Shown here: positions 51,794 through 64,000 of the stretch, one piece after another
Layout of the letters: each line of letters opens with the position of its first letter
Position numbering within the stretch: position 1 is the first letter of the stretch
Assembly (NCBI RefSeq): GCF_006345805.1
Contig: NC_042997.1
Location: 208,320,001 to 208,384,000, forward strand
From: Octopus sinensis
Lineage: Eukaryota
Length of the DNA stretch: 64,000 bases
Reading direction: 5' to 3'
Notes under the pieces: generated by a model
The model's database searches: none
What the model was told of the DNA's origin: nothing
What the model saw: only the letters and a program-made list of their open reading frames with translations
Translations under genes and position numbers: made by a program

Positions 51794-52025
51794 GCGGCGA
51801 GCTGGCAGAAACGTTAGCACGCCGGACGAAATGCGTAGCCGTATTTCGTCTACCGTTACGTTCTGAGTTCAAATTCCGCCGAGGTCGACTTTGCCTTTCA
51901 TCCTTTCGGGGTCGATGAATTAAGTACCAGTTACGCACTGGGGTCGATGTAATCGACTTAAGCCGTTTGTCTGTCCTTGTTTGTCCTCTCTGTGTTTAGC
52001 CCCTTGTGGGTAGTAAAGAAATAGG
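51794..52025 (+). mobile_element. SINE family C with 13-bp TSD
   Basis: TSD TATTTAAAAACTG at 51781-51793 and 52026-52038. Confidence 0.9.
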
Positions 52026-52384
52026 TATTTAAAAACTGATATTATTCAAATTTGTTTTTAAATTCCTATATTGTCTTTCCCGCCTGTACTTGCACAGGCT
52101 TGCAATCACTGAGAGGAGGCCGTGTCTCAGAGACCGGAAACAAAGCATGGCTGTTTCTTGCAAGAAATGTATTTAGTAGGATGCCCTAAACGAAGATCAG
52201 GAGTCCCTCATACCCAGTAAGCTAACCGACCCGGCTAGAGTATTTCAACGTCCCGGGACTTATATGCTAGTTAAACCATAGCTGGGACTTTAACAGGTGA
52301 TACTAAATATGTATATAGTTTATATATTATATATTAGAGGTTTTATAATCGAAGCTTTGGGTGTTGAGTTGTTTATTATAAATT

Positions 52385-54552
52385 TTCCCAGTTATTTTCG
52401 TATGTCTGTCATTCAATTTGATTATCGGGTCATTCAAAGAAGTTAGTCATTCAAATTCGTTTTTCGATCATTCAATTTCGCACTTCGGTTAAAGAATTTA
52501 GCATTTACATCATTCCAATTAAAATGCCTAAGAGTCAAATTAGTCAGAATACGAGGAAGCGTCTTTTCAAGTATTCAAATTCGCACGTGAGCATTCGAGT
52601 TCAAAATAAGTCTATTCATTTTAGCACTAATTTTACGGGTGTGTTTTTACTCACACTCAACGAAGTGATTGTTAGAAACGACAAATTTAAATGACATGTT
52701 ATTTCATGCAAATTTTATTATATTGTTGTAGCTACAAGGAAGAACTAAATCACGTGATTCTTCTGCCCACGAAAGTCTTTGTCATTGCGACATACGTAAC
52801 CGGTCGGTATCAGTTGCGTTTTATATTCCTTTCTCTTGCACCAACTTGTAATCATAGAGTTACGCGTAAGGTACGTGCGTATATCGGACGAATATAAGGC
52901 AAGGCTGGTTGATGCCTTCGAGGGACATCAAACCGATTACCTGAAACTGGTAGACACCTTTGACATTAAAAGGAGTACTGCCCGATCCATAGAAGTGACC
53001 TATCTACAGTCTGGGAGGTGTCACAAGTAGCCTAAAGGAGGTGCCCACCACGTTAAGGTTGATGAGGAAATGCGAGACAGGCTTCAGGTGATTATTGATA
53101 CCAACCCATTCGCAACCCTTCAACAGAAGAAGAGGGACTTAGGGGCAGCATTGCCCAGAAAGTCGCCTGTTTCCGTGTCTGTTATCTCACGAGCTCTACA
53201 TGGGGCGTTGATAGCTATGAAGTTGGCCGAAGACGTCCCAAATGCAAGAAATGCCCCAAGAACGTTATGAGTATGCGCGTTGGTTCATGGAAGAGGGAGT
53301 CGTCGGCTATGGTCTATTCAGTGATGAATGTGGGAATATTTGGACCAGGCGGTCTTTTGGACGAGCCCCTCGAGGCGTTCCTTTTTACCGAGTTGTCACT
53401 TTCGTGGTGTCGGAAGAAATTGTCCTGGTTCACCACTCCATTGTGATCGATACCATTACACGAAATTCTTTCGAGGAATCCTTGGCGGAAACAGTTCGAG
53501 CATAAGCCGAGATGTTCCTAACAGATGAATCCGTTTATTTGATTTACGACAACGCGCGGCCACATGTTCGTGCCCCCAACTGATGCCAACCCACAGATCA
53601 GTCTGATACTCCTGCCCCCGAGTCACCGTTTCATAATTGTACGGAAATGGCGCATTCTACCTATAAGACAGCTGTCAAGCGAGACCTCGATCGAGCTGAG
53701 TTGCAGCAAAGGGTTGGCGACCGGGCAGCTGCAGAAGAAACCGACATGACCCTGGAAGAATGGCGATCACATGTCATAGAACAGGCTGCAAGGCGTAACA
53801 TCGAAGCCATCACTCCAGAAAATTGTGTTCATTGGTATAGACACACCCAGATATACCTTCCGAGACACCTCGACCGCCAGGAATTGGACGGTTAAATCCT
53901 CTCAAACGAACTCTGCTTATCAAGACTGTAAACCAATAATTATCTTAGTGTCCATAGCGCCCTTTCGCTGAGGAAAGAAAAAATGCAAAATCAAAGAAAT
54001 ATATATTTTTCCCAACAAGACATTTTATGCGACAGAAGAAAAACATAACACAACATAATTTATTCAGAATCAAAGAAAATGAGCATTTGTTGTAATTGTG
54101 ATTTTCTTGAAAAAGATTGAAAATGCTGGAATGCGATTTCATGAAGTCTTTAGCAATAAACACACGTACCTATGCAAAAAAAAAAGAATACATAGAAAAG
54201 ACATGGGCACGATAAAATGCTTAAAGCATAAACAATGGATGAAAACACGTGATTATGATAACAATGATCCTGAGATGAAGTCAAAACAGTTATCGTGCTG
54301 ATTTAATTACTCCAAGTGTTCAATAGATTACTCTGAAATGAATTTGAATGCTCGGAAAGACGCTTCCTCGCATTCCAACTAATTTGAATGCTCTCGACGG
54401 ACATTTTAATTGGAATGATGTAAATGCTGAATTCTTGAACGAAGTGCAAAACTGAATGATCAAAACACGAATTTCATGGCGCTAATTTTTTGCGCGTCTT
54501 TGAATGAGCCGATTATTAAACTGAATGACAAACGTACGAAAATGACTGGGAA
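52385..54552 (+). mobile_element. IS630/Tc1-superfamily transposon with long (about 230 bp) TIRs, decayed transposase
   Basis: TIRs about 52385-52615 and 54320-54552; remnants FSDECG-NIWTRRSFGRAPRG, LIYDNARPH, LLPP-SPFHNCTE in 52830-53895. Confidence 0.8.
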
Positions 54553-55180
54553 GATCTCAATTAAAACACCTGAAGAACAGAAACAGCATGGTAATGCATA
54601 TGCAACAATAATTAGTCCAACAGTAATTAGTTATCGAGATTTGATTGGTTTTCGAAAGATCGTTAGAAAATCTTCTTTCGCACATTTGTATCTCCATTTG
54701 TCATAAGTAGGCACATGATATATTATTGTGAAGTTATACACAAAAATACATATTTTCGTATTTTTCTGAATCATAAGTATAAAACACACTAAAACAAACA
54801 ATTTGTCAATTGTTAACGGAGTTTAGTACTGAAAATCCTTTTCCAATTTCATCCGACCTGCTCCAGAAAAGAGTGTCTCACTGGGTTCGTCCCATCCACT
54901 CCATCAATGAGGACGTGCCACTGGCATTAAGCTTGGCTCCACCGTTAAACAAATTATTACAGGTTTAGCTTCAACTTTTGCAGGATATGCTAAATACCAA
55001 AATATAGCATCTTGTCTTTGGAGGATCCTAGTTCGGTGCTTTGATAAAGCAGATGTTGCTGTTGTTGTTATTGCTGTCGGTGGTAGAGGTGGTGGGGCTG
55101 GTGGCGGAGGTAGTTGCTGGCATTTGTGATGGCGGTGCAGTTGTTGTTATTGTTGTAGTTCTTGTTCTGATGATGATGAC

Positions 55181-55226
<46 letters not shown>

Positions 55227-55799
55227 ATGTAGGAGGAGGAGGAGAGGGGGTAGTGGAGTGCTGGTGCTGGTGAATGTAGTTGTTGTGTTGGTGATGATGA
55301 CGATGCCGCTAGTGCGAATTAAGATGTGGCGGGGGAGGGGGGTTGTATGTACAGGTTCATCAAAACAACAGGCTCTGTGTGTGTGTGTGTGTTCGTGTAA
55401 GTGTGGTGTGTGTGTGTGTGTGTGTGTGTGTGTAGCGGAAGTTGCTGGAGAGATAATATCTAAGATCGAATCTTTGGTGAGGAAAGCAAGTTTGGGTGTG
55501 TCTCAATGGTAGGATGTATTACGTCATCAGTAGTGGGGAGGGGGAGTTGAGGATGAGTTGGTGGTGACGGTGGTGGTGGGGTGACGGTGGTGGTGGATGG
55601 GAGGAGGAGGAGGAGGAGGAGGAGGAACGGAGGTGGTGGTGGCGGTGGCGGCGACGGTGGTGGTTGTGGTCGTTGTTATAACAAATGGCTGCTGTTCTTT
55701 TTAGCCCCAGGCCAGCACTAATCGAGTTGATGTATCATCAAAGACGTTCCAGCCACGATTATGTTGACACGTTTTTCGGTCATGGTCTATCTAGGACTA

Positions 55800-56655
55800 C
55801 AGTATGTAATGTACACTTACTGTATTCACGTGGGTTTGACTCATTCTCTTCATCTGGGAAGCACGATCTCTTACACTAGATTCCTCAACGAGGAGATACT
55901 CCGTCGGAGCAACTTGGCCTCGGTATCTTTCGAGAGATTCAGCGAACGAGTCTTTCGGAACAAGAACCTCTGAGCAAGCGCAAAATCTCCGTTTATAGAG
56001 CTGTCTGTGTGTCTACCCTCCTGTATGGGTCAGAGTATTGGATCCTTCACCGGTGCCAGATCAGACAGCTGGAAGCGTTCCATACCAATCAGATCACTCC
56101 AAAGTATACTCGGCCTTAATTGGAAAGACAAGGTGCCTCATATTGAGGTCCTCCTAAGGGCTGCGATCTACAGCGCTGAGGCCTGCATTCTTCGTCGCTT
56201 TCGTTGGTTTGGCCATGTGATTTGGATGCCGGGTATCTGGCTCCCAAAGATGGTCCTTTTCAGCGAGATTGTGACTGGAAGTAGGCCTCATCGATATCCA
56301 AAACTTTGTTTTCCTGACCGGCTGACCATGGAAACAAGGTTTTATGCGGTGTCCCTGCCAGTCAGTTGGAGCCCCTGGATGTTAATCGGAAGGCATGGAG
56401 ATCTCTATGCAATGCTGAAGTAGAGCGCTTTGAAACCGAATGCAGGAGACAGCACGAAGGCAGGAGGAGATGTCGTCATCAACTCCCGTCCCGCTGCGCC
56501 TGTTGTTCGGCGTCCATTTCCAGTGTCCTCAGTGCCGCAGGATCTTGCTATCTCCTCTCGGTCATGTCAGCCATATCTGCTCCGATGAGAAACAATGTGC
56601 TGGAGGCAGATTGTATCTTGGATCAACACTGTTATCCCCTTTGATGGACTGCCAT
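55800..56655 (+). mobile_element. RTE-clade LINE 3' fragment
   Basis: HLGSTIS..NEEILRR..AS, KISVYRAVCVSTLLYGSEYW, ILGLNWKDKV, RWFGHV, LPKMVLFSE. Confidence 0.88.
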
Positions 56656-56663
56656 AAGCAAAC

Positions 56664-56803
56664 GTAGCTTGCTTCCCAACCACATGGTTCCGGGTTCAGT
56701 AACACTGCATGGTACCTTGGGCAAGTGTCTTCTACTATAGCCTCAGGCTGACCAAAGCCTTGTGAGTGGATTTGGTAGACGGAAATTGAAAGAAACACAT
56801 CGT
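56664..56803 (+). mobile_element. SINE family A partial head
   Basis: Similar to other family A heads. Confidence 0.8.
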
Positions 56804-56879
56804 ATATATATATATATATATATATATAGATCGACAATCACCATGATCGACCGCTAGCTACTAAAGCTTTCTTTTTTCA

Positions 56880-56982
56880 TTCTTTCTGTTTATTTTCTCG
56901 TGTTCCTTTCTGTCGAAGAGCGTAGACTCGAAATGTAAAAGACTTTCTCACCTTTCCGAGCATTAAACTAATACACCTGTTT
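56880..56982 (+). mobile_element. PLE-type terminus with HHR-like motif (56906-56941)
   Basis: CUUU-CUGUCGA-A-GAGC guag ACUC-GAAAU-GUA-AAAG. Confidence 0.65.
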
Positions 56983-57350
56983 GTTAGGGCAGCGGACTCG
57001 CAGTCGTAGGATCTCAGTTTCGATTCCCAGACCAGGCGTTGCGAGTGTTTATTGAGAAAACTCACCTAAAGCTCTACGAGGCTCCACCAGGCGGTGGTGT
57101 TGAACCCTGCTGTACTCTTTCACCACAACTTTCTCTCACTCTTTCTTCCTGTTTCTGTTTCTGTTGTACCTGTATTTCAAAGGGGCCAGCCTTGTCACAG
57201 TCTGTGTCGTGCTGAATCTCCCCTGAGAACTACGTTAAGGTTACATGTGTCTGTGGAGTGCTCAGCCACTTGCATGTTAATTTCACGACGAGCAAGCTGT
57301 TCCGTTGATCGGATCAACTGGAACCCTCGTCGTCGTAACCGATATAGTGC
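56983..57350 (+). mobile_element. SINE family B
   Basis: Similar to 2267-2646. Confidence 0.85.
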
Positions 57351-57364
57351 CCATAGTATGTATA

Positions 57365-57545
57365 TATATACATATATAAAGGGAAAGTTTACGAAAATAA
57401 ACAAAAGACGAAGACAGGTGGTGTACAAAACAAATATATGTATTAGTATAACGCTCAGGAATAGAAAAAGTCTTTTACATTTCGAGCCTACGCTCTTCTA
57501 CAGAAAGGTACACAGAGAAAACAAGGAGAGAAAAAAATGTGTGTA
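57365..57545 (-). mobile_element. PLE-type terminus with HHR-like motif (57472-57507)
   Basis: Homologous to 32335-32520; inverted relative to 56880-56982. Confidence 0.7.
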
Positions 57546-57561
57546 GTGGCTAACATATATA

Positions 57562-57984
57562 TACTCTTTTTACTCTCTTTTACTTGTTTCATTCATTTGA
57601 CTGCGGCCATGCTGGAGCACCGCCTTTAATCGAGCAAATCGACCCCGGGACTTATTCTTTTGTAAGCCCATTACTTATTCTATCGGTCTCTTTTGCCGAA
57701 CGGCTAAGTAACGGGGACATAAACACACCAGCATCGGTTGTCAAGCAATGCTAGGGGGACAAACACAGACACACAAACACACACACACGCATATATATAT
57801 ATATATATATACATATATAAACGACAGGCTTCTTTCAGTTTCCGTCTACCAAATCCACTCACAAGGCTTTGGTCGGCCCGAGGCTATAGTAGAAGACACT
57901 TGCCCAAGGTGCCACGCAGTGGGACTGAACCCGGAACCATGTGGTTGGTAAACAAGATACTTACCACACAGCCACTCCTGCGCC
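57562..57984 (-). mobile_element. SINE family A (full length)
   Basis: Similar to 3214-3617. Confidence 0.92.
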
Positions 57985-59109
57985 TATATATAATATATAA
58001 TATCTATATATTTGTATAATAAATTCTTCTATTTACATAATATCAAGGTCTCTTTCCTTCTTTTGTTTTTTACCATTACTATTAATACATATATATATAT
58101 ATATATATATTATACACACACACACACACAACACACACACACACATACATATCTGTGTGTGTGTGTCACTTAGTCTGTTCGTCCCTTCTGCCTCACATTC
58201 CTACTTACATATCTAACTTTATTCAACTTTAAAAGCCTTCGCAACAAATTGTTTCATTTTTTCTTATCGTCAGTTAATCACGTGCCATGTCGTCTGCACA
58301 GTATGCTTGGTCACGTGATATGACGCCTCCGGACGTAAAACAGAAATAAGAAGGAAGTGAATAAGTCAAATGGTGAACGAGTGGACATTTAATACAGCTG
58401 AATGATCCACAGGTATGACTGGTATAAATCAGCCCCGTAAGTATTTGGAACCAACATATAAGAGTGACATAACTAAACAACGGAAGCTGTTTTGTTTTGG
58501 GATGCTCAACCGATTAAATGAGTGTCTTTGTGTGTGCGTGTTTGCATGTATGTGTGTTTATCGAGAAACAAGGCATCAGAGTGTATATAGATGTACGTGA
58601 TGGTTCGATTGTGGCCCAAAAAGATTAGATCGAATGCAATCTGTTTGGAAAAAATATAAAAAGTCAAAGAGAGAGAGAGAGGAGTGGCGAGAAATTATGG
58701 GGCGGGCGAGAGAGGAAACGGTACAATATGTCTGAAAAAGAGAGAATGGGCTGTAAAAGAGAGAGAATGTGACTGAAGGATGGGATATATTAAAGGCTAA
58801 TTACAAGAATTCACGGTTTGTTTAGCGAGGTGTAGAGAAAAACATTTGTGTTTGTGCGGGTCTTAATGTCTCTTTGACAATGTGTTGACGGAAGAAAAAC
58901 CATCGGGTTTTATGGCGTTTATTTTAAGTGTTTATTGAGGAAGAAATAGTTTTACCCGTATTTGGTGACTGGGTATTACAACAACAAATACAACAATAAC
59001 AATTCTAAACAACGACGGCAATAGCGAGGACAATTACAACAAAAATAACAATTATTACATGGGTAACACGGATTGATAAATATATAGGCGTACAAATATT
59101 CTCACACAT

Positions 59110-59415
59110 GCGTGCACACAGACACAAACACACACACACACACACACACCACACACACAAACACACACACACACGCGTACACACACACACGCGCACACAC
59201 ACGCACACACAAACACACACACACACACGTACACTCATATACAAACACACACACACAAACACAAACACACACAAACACTCATACAAACACACCCCCAAAA
59301 CACACACCACACAAACACACACAACACAAACACACACACACACACTCACACACACACACAAACACACACACACACCACAACACACACACAAACACTCATA
59401 CAAACACACACACAA

Positions 59416-59448
<33 letters not shown>

Positions 59449-59530
59449 CAAACACACACGTACACACGCACACACACAAACACACACGTACACACACACG
59501 TACACACACATACGTACACTCATACAAACA
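59110..59530. repeat. Degenerate (CA)-rich repeat
   Basis: Direct inspection. Confidence 0.9.
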
Positions 59531-59712
59531 CACAAATGTCCAGTTACAAAACCACAAAGGCGAGGCGAAAATATGTTCGGATATTTGAACAACTGGCGAA
59601 AAGGAACCACCATCACCACAACAACAACAATGGCGATTGTGATGACGGCGACGACGACGCTGACAGTGATGACAAAGATGACAAAATTAACAACAGTAAC
59701 GACAGTATCATC

Positions 59713-59748
<36 letters not shown>

Positions 59749-60088
59749 GGCAAGTCGAAAGGACTTGTGTGTAGACTGTTACATACGTAGGATATCCGCT
59801 AGAAACAGCAGCGAAATGTAAAACAAAATCATACTCAACCATCATTGAAAAGATGAGCAATTACGACAAGATGTGTCTTCGAGAAAACAGTTGCTCCTGC
59901 AAAGCAAAATAAAATTCGGGATTTCCGGAGGGTCAAAGTTGGTAAGAAAAACAGGACAGTGAAAACAGTCAGGGCTACTAAGCCATATATATATATATGG
60001 ATATATATATATATATAAATAGTCCATATCGCTATGGACTCCGTGTGGGCAGTCATCTGAGAGTTTTTGTTCATCTTGATGCTGACAT

Positions 60089-60196
60089 AAGTTCCTTGTT
60101 TTTCCTGATGAGAAGGCGGCATGAGAATGCACCCCTTATTCCTTCGAAATTAGGAATATGCAGCCTTCGAAACATATGTCGAGAATAAAGGAATTT
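60089..60196 (+). ncRNA. Type I hammerhead ribozyme with a canonical core
   Basis: CUGAUGA 60105-60111; helix II GAAGGC/GCCUUC; GAAA 60169-60172; ACAUAUGU palindrome; GUC 60178-60180; helix I 60089-60104 with 60181-60196. Confidence 0.85.
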
Positions 60197-60571
60197 TGTT
60201 AAAAATCGTCGTTTCAACTCCATTCTTTCATTTATTTGTATTAAAAAAAACACACAATTTCCACACGAAAGCACGTGATATCTACCCTTGGCATGTAGCT
60301 TCAACTGTGTTTTTCTGACGTGAATTTGCTACCCATTATCGGTTAACCGAATTATCCATACTAAAATAATTCATTCAACTATAATATATATATATATTAT
60401 ATATATATTGGTTGTGTGTGTGTGTGTGTGGTGTGTGTGTGTGTGTTGGTGTGTGTGTGGTGTGTGTGTTTGTCTATATATATATGTGTGTGTGTGTGTG
60501 TATCTATATATATATATATATATATATAATAATATATATATATATATAATATATATGTGTGTGTGTGTGGG

Positions 60572-60840
60572 CTGCGTGTTGTGTTCTTGAGCAAGCACTT
60601 TATTTCACGTTGCTCCAGTTCACATCAGCTGTAAATGAGCTGCGACGTCACAGGTGCCAAGCTGTATCGACCTTTGTCTTTCCCTTGGATACATCGTGGC
60701 GTGGAGAGGGGAGGCCGGTATGCATGGGCGACTACTGGTCTTCCATAAAACAACCTTGCCCAGACTTGTGCCTCAGAGGGTAACTCTCTAGGTGCAAACC
60801 CATGGTCACTCATGACCGAAGGGGTTCTTTACCCCCTTTT
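60572..60840 (+). mobile_element. SINE related to family E (shared core, different tail), head missing
   Basis: GTGTTGTGTTCTTGAGCAAGCACTTTATTTCACGTTGCTCCAG shared with about 19135-19180. Confidence 0.65.
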
Positions 60841-61199
60841 ATATATAATATGGGTGGTTTATTAGCAATTTAACAACTTAAAGGCAAATTTATTGACGTC
60901 ACTAAAGTGATAGAAGGTACGAAGTGGTACCGACATTGCTAGAAATAAGAGTCAACACGACTCATTAGTCACAAGAACACTATGTTAATAGGCTGACAAA
61001 GGAGACGAAACACTCTGTATGGTCGCAGACATAGCCATATCATCAGTGATTTTGAATTTTGATGTATTGTTTTATTCTTTGACACGGTTCAGCCCTAAAA
61101 CAGTGGCCATGTAGGGACACTGCCAGCGTTTTCTTGTGAAAACGGGCAAAATACCGCTAAGCATTTCGCCCGACTTGCTAACGATTCTTCCAGCTCACA

Positions 61200-61332
<133 letters not shown>

Positions 61333-61910
61333 AAAGAGGGGGAGAGGAAGTGATTGAAGAATGCTGTTTTGGATAACCGATAACTGAGAGAAAGGCGAGT
61401 TGGTCACGGCAAGAAAGCCTGTTTTGATGTGATCAGTAAAGCACTAGGAACAACAACAGCATCATCGACATCAACAAGAACATCATTAGCTACACCCTAT
61501 GCTTCTATTACTACTACATGCCCAACAACAACAACATCAACAAGGAGGCACCATTCAAACAAATTATCGACCAAGTGTTTGTGAAACGCGGAAGAAAGAC
61601 CGAGTAAAAACTGTATCCAAAATGGCCGATATTTTTGTGTTGTTATTAAACAATACATGACTTTGTCTTGCTTCATTGCTTTTGTATTGTTGCAGTAATG
61701 TCTTTGTGGTAAACACAGAATGAAATCACTGGTGCACCGCCATATGTACCTTATTTCTAGCTTAGAAACTAACCCTAACCCTTACTTCTGTTAAAACTAC
61801 AAGGGGCGCTGCGGGAAGTTACATCCCCGCCCTAAATTCTTCCTTCTTTATTTATTCCTCTCTTTCTTTCTTTTCTTCTTAACGTTCATTTTATTATTAA
61901 TTCTTTATAC

Positions 61911-61968
<58 letters not shown>

Positions 61969-62102
61969 ATCTTCAAATCAAGTAAACAAAAACATAGAAA
62001 TCACACACTGTGCCTCCCCAATACTCAACTACCTGATGTAGTTGTCATTCTTATCTTATTGCTTTTCTTTTTCTCACTGTTAACTTTAACACGTTGTTTT
62101 TG

Positions 62103-62104
<2 letters not shown>

Positions 62105-62159
<55 letters not shown>

Positions 62160-62195
62160 ATATATATATATGATGTATGTATATATATATATATA

Positions 62196-62272
<77 letters not shown>

Positions 62273-62285
62273 GAATATATATATA

Positions 62286-62330
<45 letters not shown>
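62105..62330. repeat. (TA)n-rich microsatellite
   Basis: Direct inspection. Confidence 0.95.
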
Positions 62331-62331
<1 letters not shown>

Positions 62332-63414
62332 ATCACTATCATTCTTAGTCATACTAGTTCAGATAAGTATCCATCTCTTGATTGGCTATTTGAAACGTTA
62401 TGAACTATGACTCTCTTTCTTCTTTGCCTGTGTACTTATACTCGCATCGTCCATACGATTATATAATATCTTAGCTTCGAACTCATATTATCATCGATCT
62501 TTGGACTCTTTCTCCTAGATCCTCGGTAATCACGTACAGTTCGCCATCTACAAGTGATCCGGCAACAGCTATACAGCCAGCCTCGTTTAGGGATATTATC
62601 CATAATGCACTTCTAGTTACTATAGACACTAACCCGGTTGTCATTCTTAGACGTTTCCTTACTCTATATATAAGCCTTATACCCATGCTAGTTATTGTCA
62701 TGCATTATAGTATTCAAAATTAGTTAATATACTCTCTCATCTATGATCTTCATAGCGTAGTATAATACTATATGTACGATATACTATCATAGGATATTCA
62801 TGGTGTTACTAGTGGCCTCAATATAGTATATTTCCTAGCTATACTCCAGTTAACTGTCTTATAGTAATATATTCATAATACATAATCAATATAACATACA
62901 TGTTCATGCATGTTCCCAAATGGATCATAAGACCATCATATAAGCTGTACTCTATAACACTATTTCGATCGCCCCACCAGGTTCAATAACCACACTTTGA
63001 GCTTACACTGGGATATCCATCATATTTGGTCTTTAGAGATAGTGTGATTATACATGAAGATTCCATATGTAAGCCCTATACTAACGGCGGAAGTGCGTTT
63101 AGCACATGATGCTTCAACGTTAGCTACCACATACCTGTCTAGGACAGAGTTTTCGATCAGACATGTGACTATGTGGTCCCCTAGAACGTACATGCCTGTG
63201 CCCCAGGTTATATATGATAGTAGTATATATAGACTGCGATGTATAAGTTTATAACTGTATTTCCCTTCGTATCATAACGCTAGCTAACCGAAGTGTGTTG
63301 TGTTTTCGCATCTGTCAGTTGTATCTTGACACAGTATTTATTGTATAGATAAATCTAGTTGAGGTCTCTGTCTCTTTTGTATCTTATATATCATAGTTAT
63401 TATATATCATAATA

Positions 63415-63500
63415 TACGATGGCTTCTTTCAGTTTCCGTCTACCAAACCACTCACAAGACTTTGATCAGCCCAAGGCTATAGTAGAAGACACTTACCCAC
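63415..63500 (-). mobile_element. SINE family A fragment
   Basis: GGCTTCTTTCAGTTTCCGTCTACCAAA..AGAAGACACTT. Confidence 0.75.
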
Positions 63501-64000
63501 TATGCCATCAGTGGGGCGAACCCAGACATGTGGTTTGGCACCTCTACCACACAGTGGAAGCGTTCCAACATGACCATGCCGTCTGTCTAGTATTTGTACT
63601 GAGTATACAATTGTTAGGGAGATTTGGCTGTTGTTGTTGTTGCTGTCGTCTTTGTTGTAGCTAATTACTAATGCAGTAATTATCATCTGTTCAAAATATT
63701 TGAACATATTTTTAATATCGCCCCCCCTCCACCTCTGTGGGACATTTTCATTGTTAGTGTGTGTGTGTGTGTGTTGTGTGTGTGTGCGTGCGTGTGCGTG
63801 CGTGTGTGTGTGTGTGTATGTGTGTGTGTGTGTGGTGCGTGTGTGTGTGTGTGTGTGTAAGTTTACTCATGTGTGTATCTATATGTATGTGTTTGTTTTC
63901 GTGTCTTTATATCCTTCTGTGCGTGTATGTGTGTGCGCGCGCGTGTGTGTGTGTGCGTGTGTGACATTTGACACAAATTTTGATTATTGTTGTTCTTTTT

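Noticed and set aside
56620-56655. SINE B tail as partner of the RTE 3' end (GACGGAGTGC versus GATGGACTGCC)
   Set aside because: Similarity too short to support by eye
61768-61782. Telomere-like TAACCC repeats
   Set aside because: Only two units; expected by chance

Overview
AT-rich, repeat-saturated eukaryotic DNA with a 100-N assembly gap at 34631-34730. I read the SINE families and the microsatellite load as octopus-like (coleoid cephalopod), but that assignment is my recognition, not a database result. I found no convincing cellular protein-coding exon, rRNA, true tRNA gene or CRISPR array. Most computed ORFs are microsatellite read-throughs, and the rest are decayed transposon ORFs. Non-LTR retroelements include R4/Dong-like RLE elements, a CR1-group LINE, L1/Tx1-like pieces, an RTE piece and Penelope-like (PLE) remnants. 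DNA elements include several Tc1/mariner/IS630 copies and a non-autonomous Helitron. About 30 tRNA-derived SINE copies fall into at least 4 families. The most interesting signal is RNA-structural: about a dozen type-I hammerhead ribozyme (HHR) motifs. One has a fully intact core (60089-60196). One is a U3-A8 compensatory variant at the tip of a 143-nt rod (7535-7677), and a pair of U3-A8 motifs sits in a 421-bp tandem unit that also carries a Pol III SINE head. Two SINE-LINE partnerships are readable from shared 3' ends, one with a covarying stem-loop. Coordinates were counted by hand, so decayed-element boundaries are approximate.
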